Positions 12,937-26,984 of a stretch of 64,000 nucleotides of DNA are shown here, one piece after another. Each line of letters starts with the position of its first letter. Positions within the stretch are counted from its first letter, which is position 1. The notes under the pieces are model-generated. The model saw nothing but the letters and a program-made list of their open reading frames with translations. It did not search any database and was not told where the DNA came from. Source of the DNA: Ginglymostoma cirratum (lineage: Eukaryota); NCBI GenBank assembly GCA_024137785.1, contig JAHRHZ010000013.1, forward strand, positions 15,606,672-15,670,671. The letters are read 5' to 3'. The position numbers and the translations under genes were made by a program.

Positions 12937-13341
12937 AAAGGGGAGAAAAAAGGTTTTTCTCAACAAATTTGCGTACTACTAAAAATTCTCTAATTTGTTT
13001 CATCCCTCTAATATTTAAAATGACAATTCAAACAGATTATTTTCTAAACTATGAAGAAAATGAACTGGAAGACCAAATCAAAATGGGGCACCACACACTG
13101 CACTAAATAAGAACAAAATATTCCAAATGCTGGAAATCTGTACAGACAGAAGCAGAGGGCTGGATATTTGTCTGTGGGTAAGGTACGCAGCGTCAAGAGA
13201 CTTCCCATTTCCACTAAAATTACTTTTAAAAATGGACATCAAATGTCTGGCCTGGGTGTAGGTTGTATTAGAAATCAGGGAAAGTGAATGCAGAATCAGT
13301 GAGGAGAATATCAGGCGGGTTGGGAAGAACGTCTGCCTCTA

Positions 13342-13480
13342 GAAACATAGGAACTAGGAGCAGGAATAAGCCATTCGCGCCTGCTCTGCCATTCAGTGTG
13401 ATCATGGCCGATCCTCTACCTCAATGCTATATTCCCACTTTCTTCCCATATCCAATGATAGCCTTACAATTTATAATTGT
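13342..13480 (-). mobile_element. CR1 3' tail, apparently inside a Harbinger-like GC/C-rich element (~13200-14400)
   Basis: agaaacataggaactaggagcaggaataagccattc... is the reverse CR1 tail. The host element assignment is weak. Confidence 0.65.
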
Positions 13481-14430
13481 TTGAGGGTCTGGTACTATGT
13501 CAAAAAATTTTAAAGGAAGGAATAACGTAAAACATTCCCTTCAACATCTCCTCCTTCCCCCTTACTCCCTACATACATCCAATGCTCCATCCTTACCACC
13601 CTATGACATCTCATGCTCTGTACCCACTTCCATAATCCATCATATCCTCCCATGGTCCTTCCTGGCTTCTTATACACACGTGGTGTCAAATCATGCCAGC
13701 CCATGCTTGGACTCACCATTCTTTAGTTTACTACATCCCATTTCAACCCACCCAGTATCCACCCATGGGCAGACCTCAAGACGCAGATATAGATGAGGTA
13801 AAATAAAGTTCTATGAAATAACATTCTATAAAATAAAGTTCTGTGCTTACTGCATCTTTCACTGTACTGTGAAAAAACCTTCTTTCATTAAAAAAATTAC
13901 ATTTCCATACCTTCAATTACATAATGCCTTAAAACAGCAAACATTTGATTCAAATGCCTAATCCGTTTTAGACAAGTATTGGAATTCATACCAACTTTGA
14001 AGAATCTTATAGTCACTTCCAGCTGCCATCAAACTGTGAAATGGTAGAGCCTCTCTTTTCAAAGTTGTCCTAAAGCCTGCTGAAATTCATAACTCTTAAG
14101 GTGAAGTGTCATAGCACTCAGGACACAGCCTTGCCTAGTGTCTGGCGCCTTCCATATCCACTTTATCCTGGGGATGTTAACTGCTCTAGACAGTGCTCAC
14201 ACCCTCCCTTTCCCCCTGTCCGGCTCACTACCTCAAATTCCGGGCTTCTGTCCAGAAGATTCTGCGCTGTTGAACATTTTTGTGGGTTGAGAGGGGATGA
14301 ACAGGTGAAAGAAGGAAGCTGAAATCTGTTGGAGGTGTGAGGTGGGGGTTAACAGTGTGGGGAGGCTGGTGACCCACCCATTTACAACAATGCAGAGACA
14401 ATGAACAGAAAACAGACCTCAAAAAGCATG

Positions 14431-14651
14431 CCAAAGATAGCAAGAACTGCTGACACTGGAGTGAGAGATAACACAATGTAGAGCTGGAGGAACGCAGCAG
14501 GCCAGGCAGCACCAGAGGAGCAGGAAAGATGAATTTTTGGGTCAGGACCTGAACTTCCTGAAGAAGGGTCCTGCCACGAGACATCATCTTTCCTGGTCCC
14601 CTGATGCTGCCTGGCCTGCTGTGTTCCTCCAGTTCTACGCTGTGTTGTCTT
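14431..14651. mobile_element. Palindromic Penelope-derived mini-element with central decayed hammerhead core
   Basis: Inverted arms ~14466-14532 and 14584-14650. CTGAAGA-A-GGG at 14558. Flanking aaaaagcatg (14421-14430) and aaaaagcacg (14652-14661). Confidence 0.75.
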
Positions 14652-17519
14652 AAAAAGCACGTCTTTGGTTTGTGAGAACAGAAAGAGGTGTGACTGCACT
14701 GGAATTATGCTCAAAAACTTCCCTCCCAACTGCGTGCAACACTGCATTCCTGCTGCAGCAAACCTCAGAGGTTTAAGTGCTCCAGCGTGAAATAGTAAGA
14801 GCAAATTAAATTGCAGTCAGTTGTGGATGCTGATGTGGACCAGGTTTGAGTGGGCCATTAACTCTGCTTCTCTCTTCACCGATATGACCAGCCCTGCTAA
14901 GTATCTCCACCATTCTCTGTTTTTTTTCCAATTTTTGCATTAAACAAACACAGTTCTCAACCTGCACATTAGGGGCTGTGCAGGCCAGAGACACTTGTCA
15001 GAAAATGGATTGTTCACCGCACACGGAATATAAAGTAAATAAATCGTGATGTATAATGAAGTAAACATAGCTTTTAAATTCAGTAATAGACGTAAGTACT
15101 GTTCAATTTGAAAGGGAATTGAACTAAAATACTCCTTTAGGATATTTGCAGGGAAAATATAAAAATAAAACCACTATATACGAGAAGCCCTATGTAAACC
15201 AAGAGGAAATATAGCATTTAGTAACATTGATCATGGATACTGCTATCATCAGTCACTTCAGCTGACAGAGTGAGGGCAGAGAAACAAAGACAAAAAAGTG
15301 ACTCCTGCATTCCGGATCCCACATCCTCATTAGATGCCCTGCCTGTAGGAAACGAAACCCATCACTTTTTTTTTGTATGGGATTCAGGTCTACAGTAGGA
15401 ATAACAAAAATGGTGACAAGTTCTGCCTCACATGCCTAAAGATCTGTGGGTCAGAAACCAGCCTGTTCGCTCACACAAATACGCATGGCAGAACGCTATA
15501 ACCCTGAGCAAACATCATCCTTAAACCGGTCAATAGGCAATAATAATGATGACTCATCGGCCAGCACCTTGGTCAAATGTTCAATGCTCCAGTGTGAGCT
15601 CATATTGATCGCCCTCTCCACCATCTCTGAAGCCACCCTCTCACCAATCTGGAGAAAATTCCATTGAGAGACACTGTGCTACCATTCTGATCCCCATGTG
15701 AGTCTGACAGCAGAGTCAGGTATCATTCTTTCCTCATGGGTTTAGCTCAACAACATGCTGGCACAGCAATCTGATTGTGGTAATACCTAAACAGGAAATG
15801 GGTGTCAAAAAAATGCAACATGGCATACAATGCGCACACACTTAGTTTACCACATAAATGTACTGCAACATATTGGTCACGATACCCCGTAGTCATCCAG
15901 GGTTCCGGCCTCAAAATTACATTAGGCTCATGTCCCAATGCAAATAAGAGACCAAACAGATGTTTCAGGTCCCTTTGAGAATTTGGGCATTGACTGAGCA
16001 CAGCACACATCATGCACTTTGCAGTCAGTTTTCTCAGGCATGTTCCAGACAAACCAGTGATTGATCCGTAAAGTGTTGCTGGAGGCTGTCACACACACAC
16101 AGAAAAAAAAAGACAAGTCATATCTCACCCTTACCTGAATGTATCTAAAAGCTCCACTGTATGCCACATTAAAACTGCCGCCTGTGTTCACGTCCTGCCT
16201 GACTGATAAAACCTCCCTGGAGTTTTGTGTCACTTTTGGCCAGCATCGCGGCTCATCAATTTGGCTCCCACCATGGTCAATGTGCTGTCTCTGGGGCTAC
16301 AACTGACATAGCAGCTTGCTAGTTCGAAGCAAATAGAGTGGGCAGGTTATTTCTGTGTGGTCCTACTGCCAACTTTGTTGAGCATGTGCAGGCACGACTA
16401 CATTTCAATCACATCCGGATTCAGGGGCAATTCAATTTCTGGGTTGTTGCCATTCCGACACATGTTGTAGAACAAAATTATTATAGTTGAGTACTTTGTA
16501 ATAACGAGAGTGTCATGAAACTGCTGAGACAACAATCAAATGCTTTTTAAAACTGCACCTATCCACAGCTTTGTAATATTAATTCTGGGAGCATTCATTA
16601 TAAAACAAATTTCTGAAAAATACAGCAGCAAATGATCATGCCAGTTAGAAAGAGGCAGATAATGAGGACACAGAGCAATTTTTTTCCATCAATCACTTGA
16701 CCTTTAGCCAAATGTGAAAAGCCAACTAACTTTATATCGCGAGTTAATTGCGAAAGAAGGGTTGGAATTTTTGCAACCCACGTAGAAAAAAATCCATTAT
16801 TTTCAATGTCTCTAGTAGCAACATAATTGTGCGTCTCATTAATACTTAAAAGCTGCTTTATAGGCATGAATGCTGTCTCAGCATACCATCTGCACCATTC
16901 CCTTACACACAAGGGAGTTTGAAAGCATTGTGCAGCCTGATGGCTGTGAAAATATGCATAGGTATTAATAAAAAGGCATTATGACATGGAAATAGATGCT
17001 GGAGAATTAAGAGCATTTTGATTATGTTGTGATAATGTTAATTCTAATATTTAAAAGCACCTTTAAAGTCAATCAGAATTTCCTACTGGAGTCCACTGCA
17101 TTGTCACCGTAGAAGGTCAAAGGGTCAAACCATCTTAGGTACGGTGGTGGTGGTAGGGAGTGATAGTTATTAGAAGGACAAGACCTAGAAGTGAAATTCC
17201 AATCACAAAAAATGGGATCTTAAAGAACGTGAAGGTGAAAAGCTCCTGTGTCATCCCTTCTGAAACATGCCACAAACCCATGTCCATTTTGGAAACTCCA
17301 GCACAGTAAAATTCACTGATACCTCTAAATCTTACCTGATGAGCTTCCTGTAATACAGACAGATTTGGTGCATAGGTTGTCTCGGTGCTTTCCCTGTGAC
17401 ATTAAGCTGGCTACTTGAAATCTGCTACACAAGTGAGGAGGTTATTGCTGGTGAAGAACCACGAGTTCATAATGGGTGATCGAAGGCACCCTGTATAGGA
17501 TACCACACCTACAGAGAGC

Positions 17520-17748
17520 GACGTGTGTATGGAATGGACTGCTGGAGAAAGTGGTTGAGTCAGGCACAATAGCAACATTTAAAAAATATTTGGATCGGTA
17601 CGTGGATGAGAAGGGCTTAGAGGGATATGGACCACATGTGGGCAATTGAAACTAGCTGAGTGGGCACCATGGTCAGCATAGACCAGTTTAGGCCAAGGGC
17701 TGTTTCCATGCTGTATTACTCCATGACTCTATGACTCTACTCTATAAC
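17520..17748 (+). mobile_element. CR1 3' end with (ACTCTATG)-type tail
   Basis: gtatggaatggactgc..acatttaaaaaatatttggat..ccatgactctatgactctactctata. Confidence 0.85.
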
Positions 17749-19479
17749 TTGCAACACGACAATAAATGTCAACAATTCAGGCCTGAATTTTGCACAGGCA
17801 GCAGAAATCCTGCTGCTGGAGCTGGAAGAGGGAGCCACCCTAACCCCCAGCTTTGGCCGGCAGCTAGGCCTGGTAGACCATGTTCCTAATGATGGCCAAC
17901 TGAGTGACTATCATCCTAGTTCAGGGAGGCCACCCTGCCTGAATCAGAGGGCAGGTAACTCAATAACCTCAGCGGCATAACTATTAGGCATTTGTGAGAA
18001 TGCAGCTGCAGGGAGAGGAAATCTCAATAGCCGAGCACCTTGAAGAGGTACAAGAGCAGTTCAGAGACAACAGAACCAGGCTGGTGGTGGATTCCAGCTC
18101 TTTAGGGATGGCATATTCATGAGGCACAGTCAGAATTGTTGCTGTGTGGGTGGCCGTTGCTGCTTTACACCCTTCCATGGGCCACAGAACCTTACAAAGG
18201 GCACATCAATTACAGAACCCAACAAATTACACTGATTGTCCTTCTCATGTATTAGCAGAAGGCCCCAATCTGGACAAAATGCCTCTGAAGGCAGTAACTG
18301 GCCCTTAGCACGTAAGAGGCTCTGCAGGTGTGGCATATTGGCCAACTTCTCTTGCCACTGGCAAAATGGCATGTCCCTGAGAAGGTTCCTCTTATGGAAC
18401 CTTTGTAGCCTTTGCCCATTGCCAAAAGGCTGGAATTATTCTGGCTCCAACGTAACTCCACTGAGAATCACACTTCCATTGGAAACTGGAAAGTCAAAGG
18501 AGGAATAAAGACAGCAGAAACTCAAAATTGCTCGAAAATAAGCAGGTAACACAAAAGATTTTTTTTCCAAATAAATCTAAGTCAGTTACACTGCATTCAG
18601 TGTAGCGCATTTAATGTGTAGAGACAGCAAGTCAGGCACACAATAAGCCTGCACTGAGGTAATATTTTTGTCCCAAAATATCACGCCACCCATCATCCAC
18701 CAAAGGAAATGAATATGTTCTCAGTGCCTACTAGTACTGTTTTAACTGTGATCAATCAGCCAGATTCAAACATGTACACGGACAAGCAATGTGGCTTTAC
18801 ACATGTATTTGAAAGGCTGAACACAGGGCGATGCTTTAGATGTCACATTCTATGTAGGTCTTTTCATCCTCTCACTTAGACAAAGCCGCCTTGTCAATGG
18901 AGAAATTCTAAAGACTGTGCTGGATTTTCTCCGAAACTCTTATCACGAACAAAGCTGCAAGTGTACCCAAACAATCCTCATTCAGCAGATTTTAATTCAG
19001 TCACGCCAAGCCCACATACTGCATTAACACACCACTCTACAGTTGCTGGGTGGGTTGAGCACTGCCAATTGAAAAGCCCACATTTTGGTATTTTCACCAA
19101 AGCCTTGTCAATGGGTGCAATCCTTCCCTTATTTATTTTACAATGTAATCTTTTTATGTTGCTCAGATCTACACCACCAGCCAGGTAGTCTTGTTATAAT
19201 GGAAGCATAGCTAATATTGATTCCATTTAAGATATGTAAAAGGATAAGCGCAACTATCAGCCAACTAATAAAACTGAGCAGCAGGAAATCAGTGCCGTGA
19301 TTTAAAATGAAAATGGCCTTGGTATTGAATGCCTGAATTGTATTTATTTCCCACCACAGTTTGATGAGAAACATTAGTTCCTCACTGTCATGGTTATTGT
19401 TCTGAGACTTGCTGAAAGCTGTCACTATGCCCTAACCATGCCTTGTATAACAAGTTTCAGGTTTCAGAAAGTTTGTTCT

Positions 19480-19830
19480 GGAATGCCTTGGTAACACTCT
19501 TGCCTGAGCCAAAATGTTGTGCATTCAAGACTCACGACAGGAATTTGTTCACTAAAGTCTTGGCCGGCATCCACAGCAGTACTGAGGGAGTGCTGTACTC
19601 TCTTTCAAAAGCATCTTCAAAAAGAAATCTCAGCCCAATTCCCTGCCCGCTCTGTCAGGTGGCTGTAGAAAGTCCCAATGCAGTATTTTGAATAACTGCA
19701 GGGTGAGTTATGCCAGCATCCTGGCAAATATTTATCCCTCAGATCAATATGACAGATAAAAGGTTACCAGGTCAATATAATGTTCTGATTCGTAGGACCT
19801 TAACGTGTGCTAACTAAAATAGATGTTTTT
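19480..19830 (+). mobile_element. Deu-domain SINE (SacSINE1-like)
   Basis: cagtactgagggagtgctg, tcaggtggctgtagaaagtcccaatgcagtattttgaa, cctggcaaatatttatccctca match the recalled Deu domain. Confidence 0.7.
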
Positions 19831-22800
19831 GTCATTTGTGCAAATTTCTAGTTCAATCAAGCATGTTGTTCATACCTTCTTATAAAAGCCGACTTTACTG
19901 ACAGGTAGTAAAGTGGCCCTGAATTTCGTGGAGTCTCTGTCAAGTTGCCAGTATCACTATGACAAAAGTCTGGCAGAACTGAGAGAAAGACACAAAGGCT
20001 TGGATATACTAGATTTCTGCCATTAATATAGCTTTTGCTTGGCCCAGTAAGGGGCAGATCCTCCACCTGCCATGTAATAAACTAATGCAGTGTGGTACTG
20101 GAGGCTGGTAAATCAAGTTAGATGAGACACACTCTCTCTCTACACTGGTTTGTGTGAACTACTGTGGGGATGATGGATAAGCAGGGGCAGTGGCTGAGGC
20201 CCTCAAAAACTATTTACCAATGGAGGGAAAGCGTCGGCTTTTCCCAGTGCTTCAGGCCAACAGATACTGAGATGTCCTCAAGAAGGCACGTACATCTATT
20301 AATCCCATGTAAATAAAGTGCCCTCCCTCATCTCCTGCAAACTCCGTCAAGGCTCAGCATTGGAGGATGCAATCCCAGTGGAACTGCCAGGATGATGGTC
20401 CTGGTACAATTGAACCACTTCAGCATCAGACTTTGAAGATGACTGCAAAAGTAATTGTAATTCTGTATAACGTTAATCAGGCCAAGGCTTGAGAGGCATT
20501 TAGGATTCACTCTGTGAAAAGACCAGCTCAGTCTTCAAAACTGCTTTCCGAAAGAGAAAGAGAAAACTTTTGTTCATTGTCGATGGCATCAGAATTTGTC
20601 AGTCAGTAATGTCATATGGGTTAAGATGAGATGGATGCAATGTAAGGACCTCCTGAAAAGTGAACGACAGAAGACAAATGATGAACTTTTCCTAAATAAT
20701 GTTAACATTAGATTTTTGGCAGGATCCAAATGGCTAAAAGCTTTTGCTGATCTCCCAATACTCGCAGGAAATTTGATTAATTTGGAGAGAAGGGAATAGT
20801 ATTGCTTATATTTTGACCTGGAGGTGGCATAATTAGATTGACAGCACTCTCCCCTAATGATACTATCAGATTAAAGCTCTCTGTTTCCTTAGTTCATCTC
20901 CAAATAAAATTGTGCTTCATTCAAATGTGAAAAGTGATTATTGAATGGGATTCAACCAAGAGGCAGCCCAACACAGCAGGATGAGATATTTTGTTAACCA
21001 CTGCATCAAAGGACACACTACAACTGTCCCCTGCTCTTTATTTGGAAGATATTGCAAATGTGGTTCTTCTATTTGCAGCCTGAGTCTGAATATGAATAGA
21101 TGCCAGCTCCTTATGTCTGATTTCTGCTCACCGGTACAAGTAAAAGAGAACATTGCTTTTTATCTAGTTGCCAACGGACCATTCTGCCACAGTGAATTCT
21201 AGTTTTGCATCACGTACACCTGCATTTTTAGATTCCTTTGCACGACTCAAAAATGTTTAAGGAAGATTCAATATTTTATGAAACAATGAAAACCATTAAA
21301 TTCAATTTGCAAGATTTGTAGCCAGCAAATGGACTATTCTAATAGTTAGGTATGAGATTCCCAACCTATTGTTCACAGAATATGGAAGTAGTTAACAAAC
21401 CATGTTACTCAATCTGTAACAACTCGATGTGGATTACACAGTCTTGCCTTATCACCTATCGCTGTGTATCATTTTCATAGGGGTTGTGGCGGGAGAGGGT
21501 GGGGGTGGTCTTCACAACTGACAGGTGAACTATATAGTACTATGTCTGGCTTTGCCCAACTTTTAGTTCCCATAAAGTGGGAGGCAGGCGGTCCGCCTGC
21601 CTCTTTTTAAATAAATAATGAATGCCAGTTGAACTTGCTACCAGGTCAATTGAGCAGAATATGACAATGGATGTGGTTGACATGGATAGGCATGGAGAAT
21701 TGAGAAGGTCATTTTCAAACCAACTTGTGGAAGTGGGGAGGGGGACATCAGTCCTTGGATGTCCTATGCGTGCATTTGGACACCTCCACTCAAGGTGTTA
21801 TTCTCCACAGTGCTCCTGGTTTCCAAAGCCCACCCCAACTACTCTTACTCTGTTCTTTTGTTTCCCTGATCCTTCTCCAACCAAAAGCCTGAGCTGATCT
21901 GGTACCTGGATGCGAGCTCTCTTCACCCTGGAGCCCATTACTCAGTTCTGCCATGGCTGAGACTTCTAAAACTGCCAGCCAATCAAATGGTGCTGTAGCT
22001 GTCAAACATGGAACGTCTTCCTGCCCACTCCTGGTTGAAGTCCTGGTCTCTGTTCACGTAGCCCACCAACAGTGTTCTACTGACACAGAGCAGGCTTCTT
22101 TTTAAATCAGCTGTTATCCAATCTTAGCAATAATATGTATTTTAACGTGTTGTTCATTGTAGAGTACAAGTAACAATAAATCATCAATGTTACCAGTAGC
22201 TTTGTACAGAAAATGGTTAATACTAGCTTGGCTGAAAAAGTTTTGATTACCTTTCCATCAACTCTGCAGTTTAATGCCTCTTAAATAATCAATGGGATAC
22301 TATCAATAAATTAACAAGAAGCAAATTGAAAGAAATTGTTCCAACATTTAACAAATAATGTGTCAACTACAACAACATGAAGAGCTGTTTTAAAGCAGCA
22401 ACGTCCGCAAACCCTTCCGAAGCATCAGATGGGAGCAATATACAAGCTTTCATGTCAAAATTCCACTTTTAGCTCCTTTACCCAAAAGCACATGCCATGT
22501 TTATTAATTTGGCAATGTGGAGTCTCTGTTATTCAGATCATGAATTATGAGGAGGATGAGGGTAATGTGCGGTTAGCAGATCTTATGGTGAGAAGATTAT
22601 GAGGAACAGAGCCTAGCCTATGCACATATGGCTGAGGATTGGGAAACCTCAAAAATAGCAAAAGGGTGAAAAAAAACACACGGAAAGCTAAAGCTCAGAT
22701 TGTGCAGTCATGTACAAGTTTTTTTTATGCTTTCTTTCTGGGCAATGGACAACAAGAGCATGGGCATGTGACTTATTCATCCCTAATTGCCATTAGAGAG

Positions 22801-23019
22801 TGGTGATGGCCATTCTGCCTGAGCTGCTGCTGTACTTATGACATACGGATTAGGACAGCCACTCTTACCTCGCTTTTTAAGCAGATTGTTGGTAAGAAAG
22901 TATTTTTTGATGACTATTGTTGATATTTTACTTATGGGAAGCAGGCACTCAGGTAGTAACCCACAAAGATAGATTTATCGTGCAATTTTTTTTTGAAAAT
23001 GGCTTTCCGGAGCAATCTT

Positions 23020-23305
23020 CCATATCCGTAGCTGTACTGGAACAGCATGGCCATCAGATTAGTTAGTTCAGGTGTAACGCTAGTCAGGATGTTGTCAAAC
23101 CCTCGAGCCTTCACTCTATCCAGTACCAGCCCCCCCAGCTGCCTTTTCATTGGTACTAAGTGAATGAACAGAAGTGATTGGACACTGGTATCTACGATGA
23201 TGGGAACAATGGGAGCAGGCCAAGTAGAATTTTCCATTCAACATATTGGCTGAAGACATTTGACAAAACTTCAACTTTATCTCTGGCACTCGCGTGCAAC
23301 ATCCT
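23020..23305 (-). mobile_element. Degenerate CR1-group LINE ORF2 fragment
   Basis: HASARDKVEVLSNVFSQ and KARGFDNIL..PELTNLMAMLFQYSY resemble the tether/RT start (KAxGPDNIP..PELAAPLAKLFQYSY). Confidence 0.7.
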
Positions 23306-24784
23306 GTGAAATAGCAATACAAGAATAGACAGACAAAAGCAAGTAGCAAATGTTAAGTCACATTTTGATTTTGCTGGCCCTTTCGTAGCTGTGACTGGAA
23401 GCTTGTAAAACGTGCAAGGCCGAGGTAACAGAAATGCTTGCATTCATGATTTTTGTGCAAATACTTTTTCTATCCAATGATAGTGACAGAAAAATTCTCT
23501 GCCCCTCCCCAGTTCATCAATGGACAGCACGACTTTGATCTTTCAATCCCTTCACGAATGAACACAAAACCAACTGAAATTATGAACACCACTGCTGTTT
23601 TCGAGTAAGCCTTAGTATAAGCAAACAATCAACAGAATGCAAGACATGTTTCTGCCAACAAGAAAGATTCATTCTTGGGATTAGCGTAGGCCAAGTCAGA
23701 GAATTTTTTTTAACAACAGATTAGATGGGGTTTTTTGGCAGTAGATTAATCATTGGGTATCAATCACTCTGTTAAACGTCTTTCCAAATATTAACTTTAT
23801 CATCCAATGCCCTCTACTCCCTCAGTTGGCCTGCATTTCTGCCAACTCGGCACTGTGGATAAATTGCTGGATTTCTGCCTGAGCATCAAGCTGCTTATCA
23901 ATGTTCAGACTGCGCCAGCATTTCACTATTTTAATGTCAATTAGGCCTGAAAATCGTACTGGTTACACTGGGTCAGCATTGCAACAATCTCATCCCCCAC
24001 ATAACTCTTAAATGCTCAACTTTAAAACTGCTATGACCCAGATATTGATATGCAGTAAACTATATCTGGTGAAAGCTCAAATAGATGGTGAGTTTAGGTA
24101 GAATTCAATTGCTTTGAAATGTTACAGCTTCAAATGTACATGTTAAACAGAAAAATGATCATGCCTTCCTAAATAATTAAAATAACAGTCCTTAAGATAT
24201 ATCTTCAGGTTTCCTTACACCTATTATGTCTGTCAAAAGAAATCTGAGCAGAATATAGTCACTAACATTTTGTAGAAATAAACTGGTCAGATGGGAATAG
24301 ATTTACTCCAGTACATTAAACAACATATGCTCACTAGATTCCACACCAAGTTAAAGACTGATTTGGTTCCAATGAGCTAAAAACTATAAATACCACAAAG
24401 ATCTGTTGGAGATTGTTTATTCCTACAGAAACTGATGGAAAAAGTATCAACTGTTTGTACTTCTCTGTGTTCACTTCAAATCAGTAAACTGCTGCTACTG
24501 CACATCACACAATGTAAATGAACATTTTAAGTTAAGCCTTGGATTCATATTCTCACCGTTGTTAATTATTAAATTTAACTTTGAAAGTCAAGAGCTCTAG
24601 GTGGGCTGTCAGTCTTCTGCAGCCACTAGAGATTCTCATGCAGTTGGAACATTAGGGAATTTAAACATTGACGCATCAACTGAGGTGTCAGCAGCAATGC
24701 GATCATGCAGCACTTGCTCAGCGATAACCTGCTCACTGACACCCAGATTGGGTTCCACAGTTACTCAGCTCCTGATCTCATTAC

Positions 24785-25908
24785 AGCCTTGGTTTAAGCA
24801 TGGACAAAAGGGCTGAATTCCAGAGTTGGGGTGAGAGTGACAAGGAGCTCTAGCAAAACTGGAATCAACGGGCATCAGGGCAAACTCTCCACCAGTTGGG
24901 GTCGTACCTGGCACACAGGAAGCTGGTCGTGGTTGTTGGATGTCAGTCATCTCAGCTCCAGGACTTCTCTGCTGGAGTTCATCAGGATAGTGTACTAGGC
25001 CCAACCATCTTCAGCTGCTTCATCAATGACTTTCAATGCACAATGTTCGGCACCATTCACGACTCGTCAGATACGGAAGCAGTCAATGTTCAAATGCAAC
25101 AAGATCTGGACAATATCCAAGTTTTGGCTAACATGTACCAAGTAACACACTACACAAAGCCAGGCAATGACCATTTCCAATAGAAGGCAATCTAAGCACC
25201 ATCCCTTGACATTCAATTGTATTAACATAACTGAATCCCCCAATATTAACATTCTTGGGGTTACTATTGACCAGAAACTCAATTGGACTCACCACATAAG
25301 CAGGCTGACTACAAGAGCAGGTGAGAGGCGAGGAAGACTGAGTAAAGCAAGTATCTCACCTTTTGACTCCCCAAAGCCTGTTCGTCAACTACAAGACATA
25401 AGTCAGGAGTGTGATGGAATGCTCCCCATTTGCCTGGATGAGTGCAGCCCCAACAACGCTCAAGAAGCTTAACACCATCCAGGACAAAGCAGCGCGCTTG
25501 ATTGACACTACATCAACAAGTATCCACTTCCTCCAGCACTGACACTCAGTAGCAGCAGTGTGTACTATCTGCAAGATGCCCTGCAGAAATTCACCAAAGT
25601 TCCTCAGAAAGCACCTTCCAAACCCACGACCAATTCCATCTAGAAGGACAAGGGCAGCAGACATATGGGAATACCAACACCTTCAAGATCCTCTCCAAGC
25701 CACTCACTAGCTAGTTTGGAAATATATCACCATTCTTTCAGTGTCGCTGTCCAAAAGCTTTCTATCCCTGAGGGCACTGTGGGTTAACCTAGAGCCCGAG
25801 GATTGCAATGGTTCAAAAAAGGGGCTCACCATGACCTTCTCAAGGGCATCTAGGGATGGGCAATAAATACTGGCCAGCCAGTGACGCCCACATCCCACAA
25901 ATGAATAC
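24785..25908 (+). mobile_element. CR1-group LINE 3' portion (RT C-terminus and 3'UTR); an older copy lies at ~26290-26640
   Basis: SAGVHQDSVLGPTIFSCFIND and INILGVTIDQKLNWTHHI; 3' end gggatgggcaataaatactggccagccagtgacgcccacatccc. Confidence 0.85.
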
Positions 25909-26984
25909 AGATCAATGGAGAATTTGCATTTATGACCAGCGATTACTAGGACTTCGTATGCAAGGTTCTCCAGCCCTTTTTTCAAGATCATTGAAGAACA
26001 GACACTGGGCTGTTACAGATAAGACCATTCCAAAATGCACAGCCACAAATTGCATGACAGTTTATTCTTTGAACATCCCTATAATTTTTCTCTGCAGACT
26101 GCCTAAGCAGATGAAATTTCCTACATTGGAAGTATAAAGTTTTTCTTACCGCTAGAACTAAACAGGGTGGTGGAAGAGATAAAATGGAGGTGATGGACTG
26201 ACCATTCCATTTCCACTCTGCCACATTTACTCCAGCACCTTCCAATAATTGGCCAATGCACCTGCTAGAAACATGAGAAGACCTTCCTGGCATCCAACTA
26301 TGTCCCTATGACCCCAATACCATTTCAGCAGGTTACTGGCCTATCTGAAATAACTGGCTCACTTCTTTATCCTTAGAAGACTCTCTACCCTCTGCAAGGC
26401 TCAAGTCAGGAACATGTTGATACAATCCTTAATTTGCCTGAATACTTGCAGCAGCTTCAACACTTAAGAGACTGCAGTTACCCAAACCAGAGTGTAGCAG
26501 TCCGTTTTACTGGCACTCCTGTCTCTCAACTCAATTTCAACCCAAATATGCTGTGACCGCAATAGGTATCAAACACAGTAAATCACCAGTTGCCAATACC
26601 TCTTAGCCTCATCCGGTCTAATACCAAGAGGAGCAAGGGCAATTAGGCCTGTGCAGATTCCGCTCAATGGAAAAATCGCTTGGGACACAGAAGCTTGGGA
26701 AGTAAGTGCTGAAATTATTGCAGTATTTCAAGATGCTCCTTCATACACTTTGAAAATAGTGTAGCATGGCCTGTGCTACTCCCTTCCCTGTGATCTTAAA
26801 ATACTCCCGGGGCTTTCTTCTTGCTGCCCTGTATTAGCTCTCAGACAGCTTGACATTATGCTGTCCCAAAGGCAGAGACCTGTATTAGGGGATCTGTCAA
26901 AAGTCAAGACTTTATGACGTACATGCTGCTGAAGGCCAGCCCTCTAAATTGGTAGTTTTGGTGGAAGAACCAATCAGACACATC

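Noticed and set aside
13801-13845. Three copies of a 15-mer (aaataaagttctatg-like)
   Set aside because: Short minisatellite with no spacers; not CRISPR-like.
17336-17490. Minus-strand exon-like unit with CAG|gtaaga donor
   Set aside because: Candidate lengths (86, 89, 155 nt) are not frame-preserving and the peptide is unrecognisable; consistent with chance.
20347-20442. Minus-strand acceptor followed by SSSKSDAEVVQLYQDHHPG...*
   Set aside because: No similarity to RBMS or any protein I recognise, and no supporting donor or polyA evidence.
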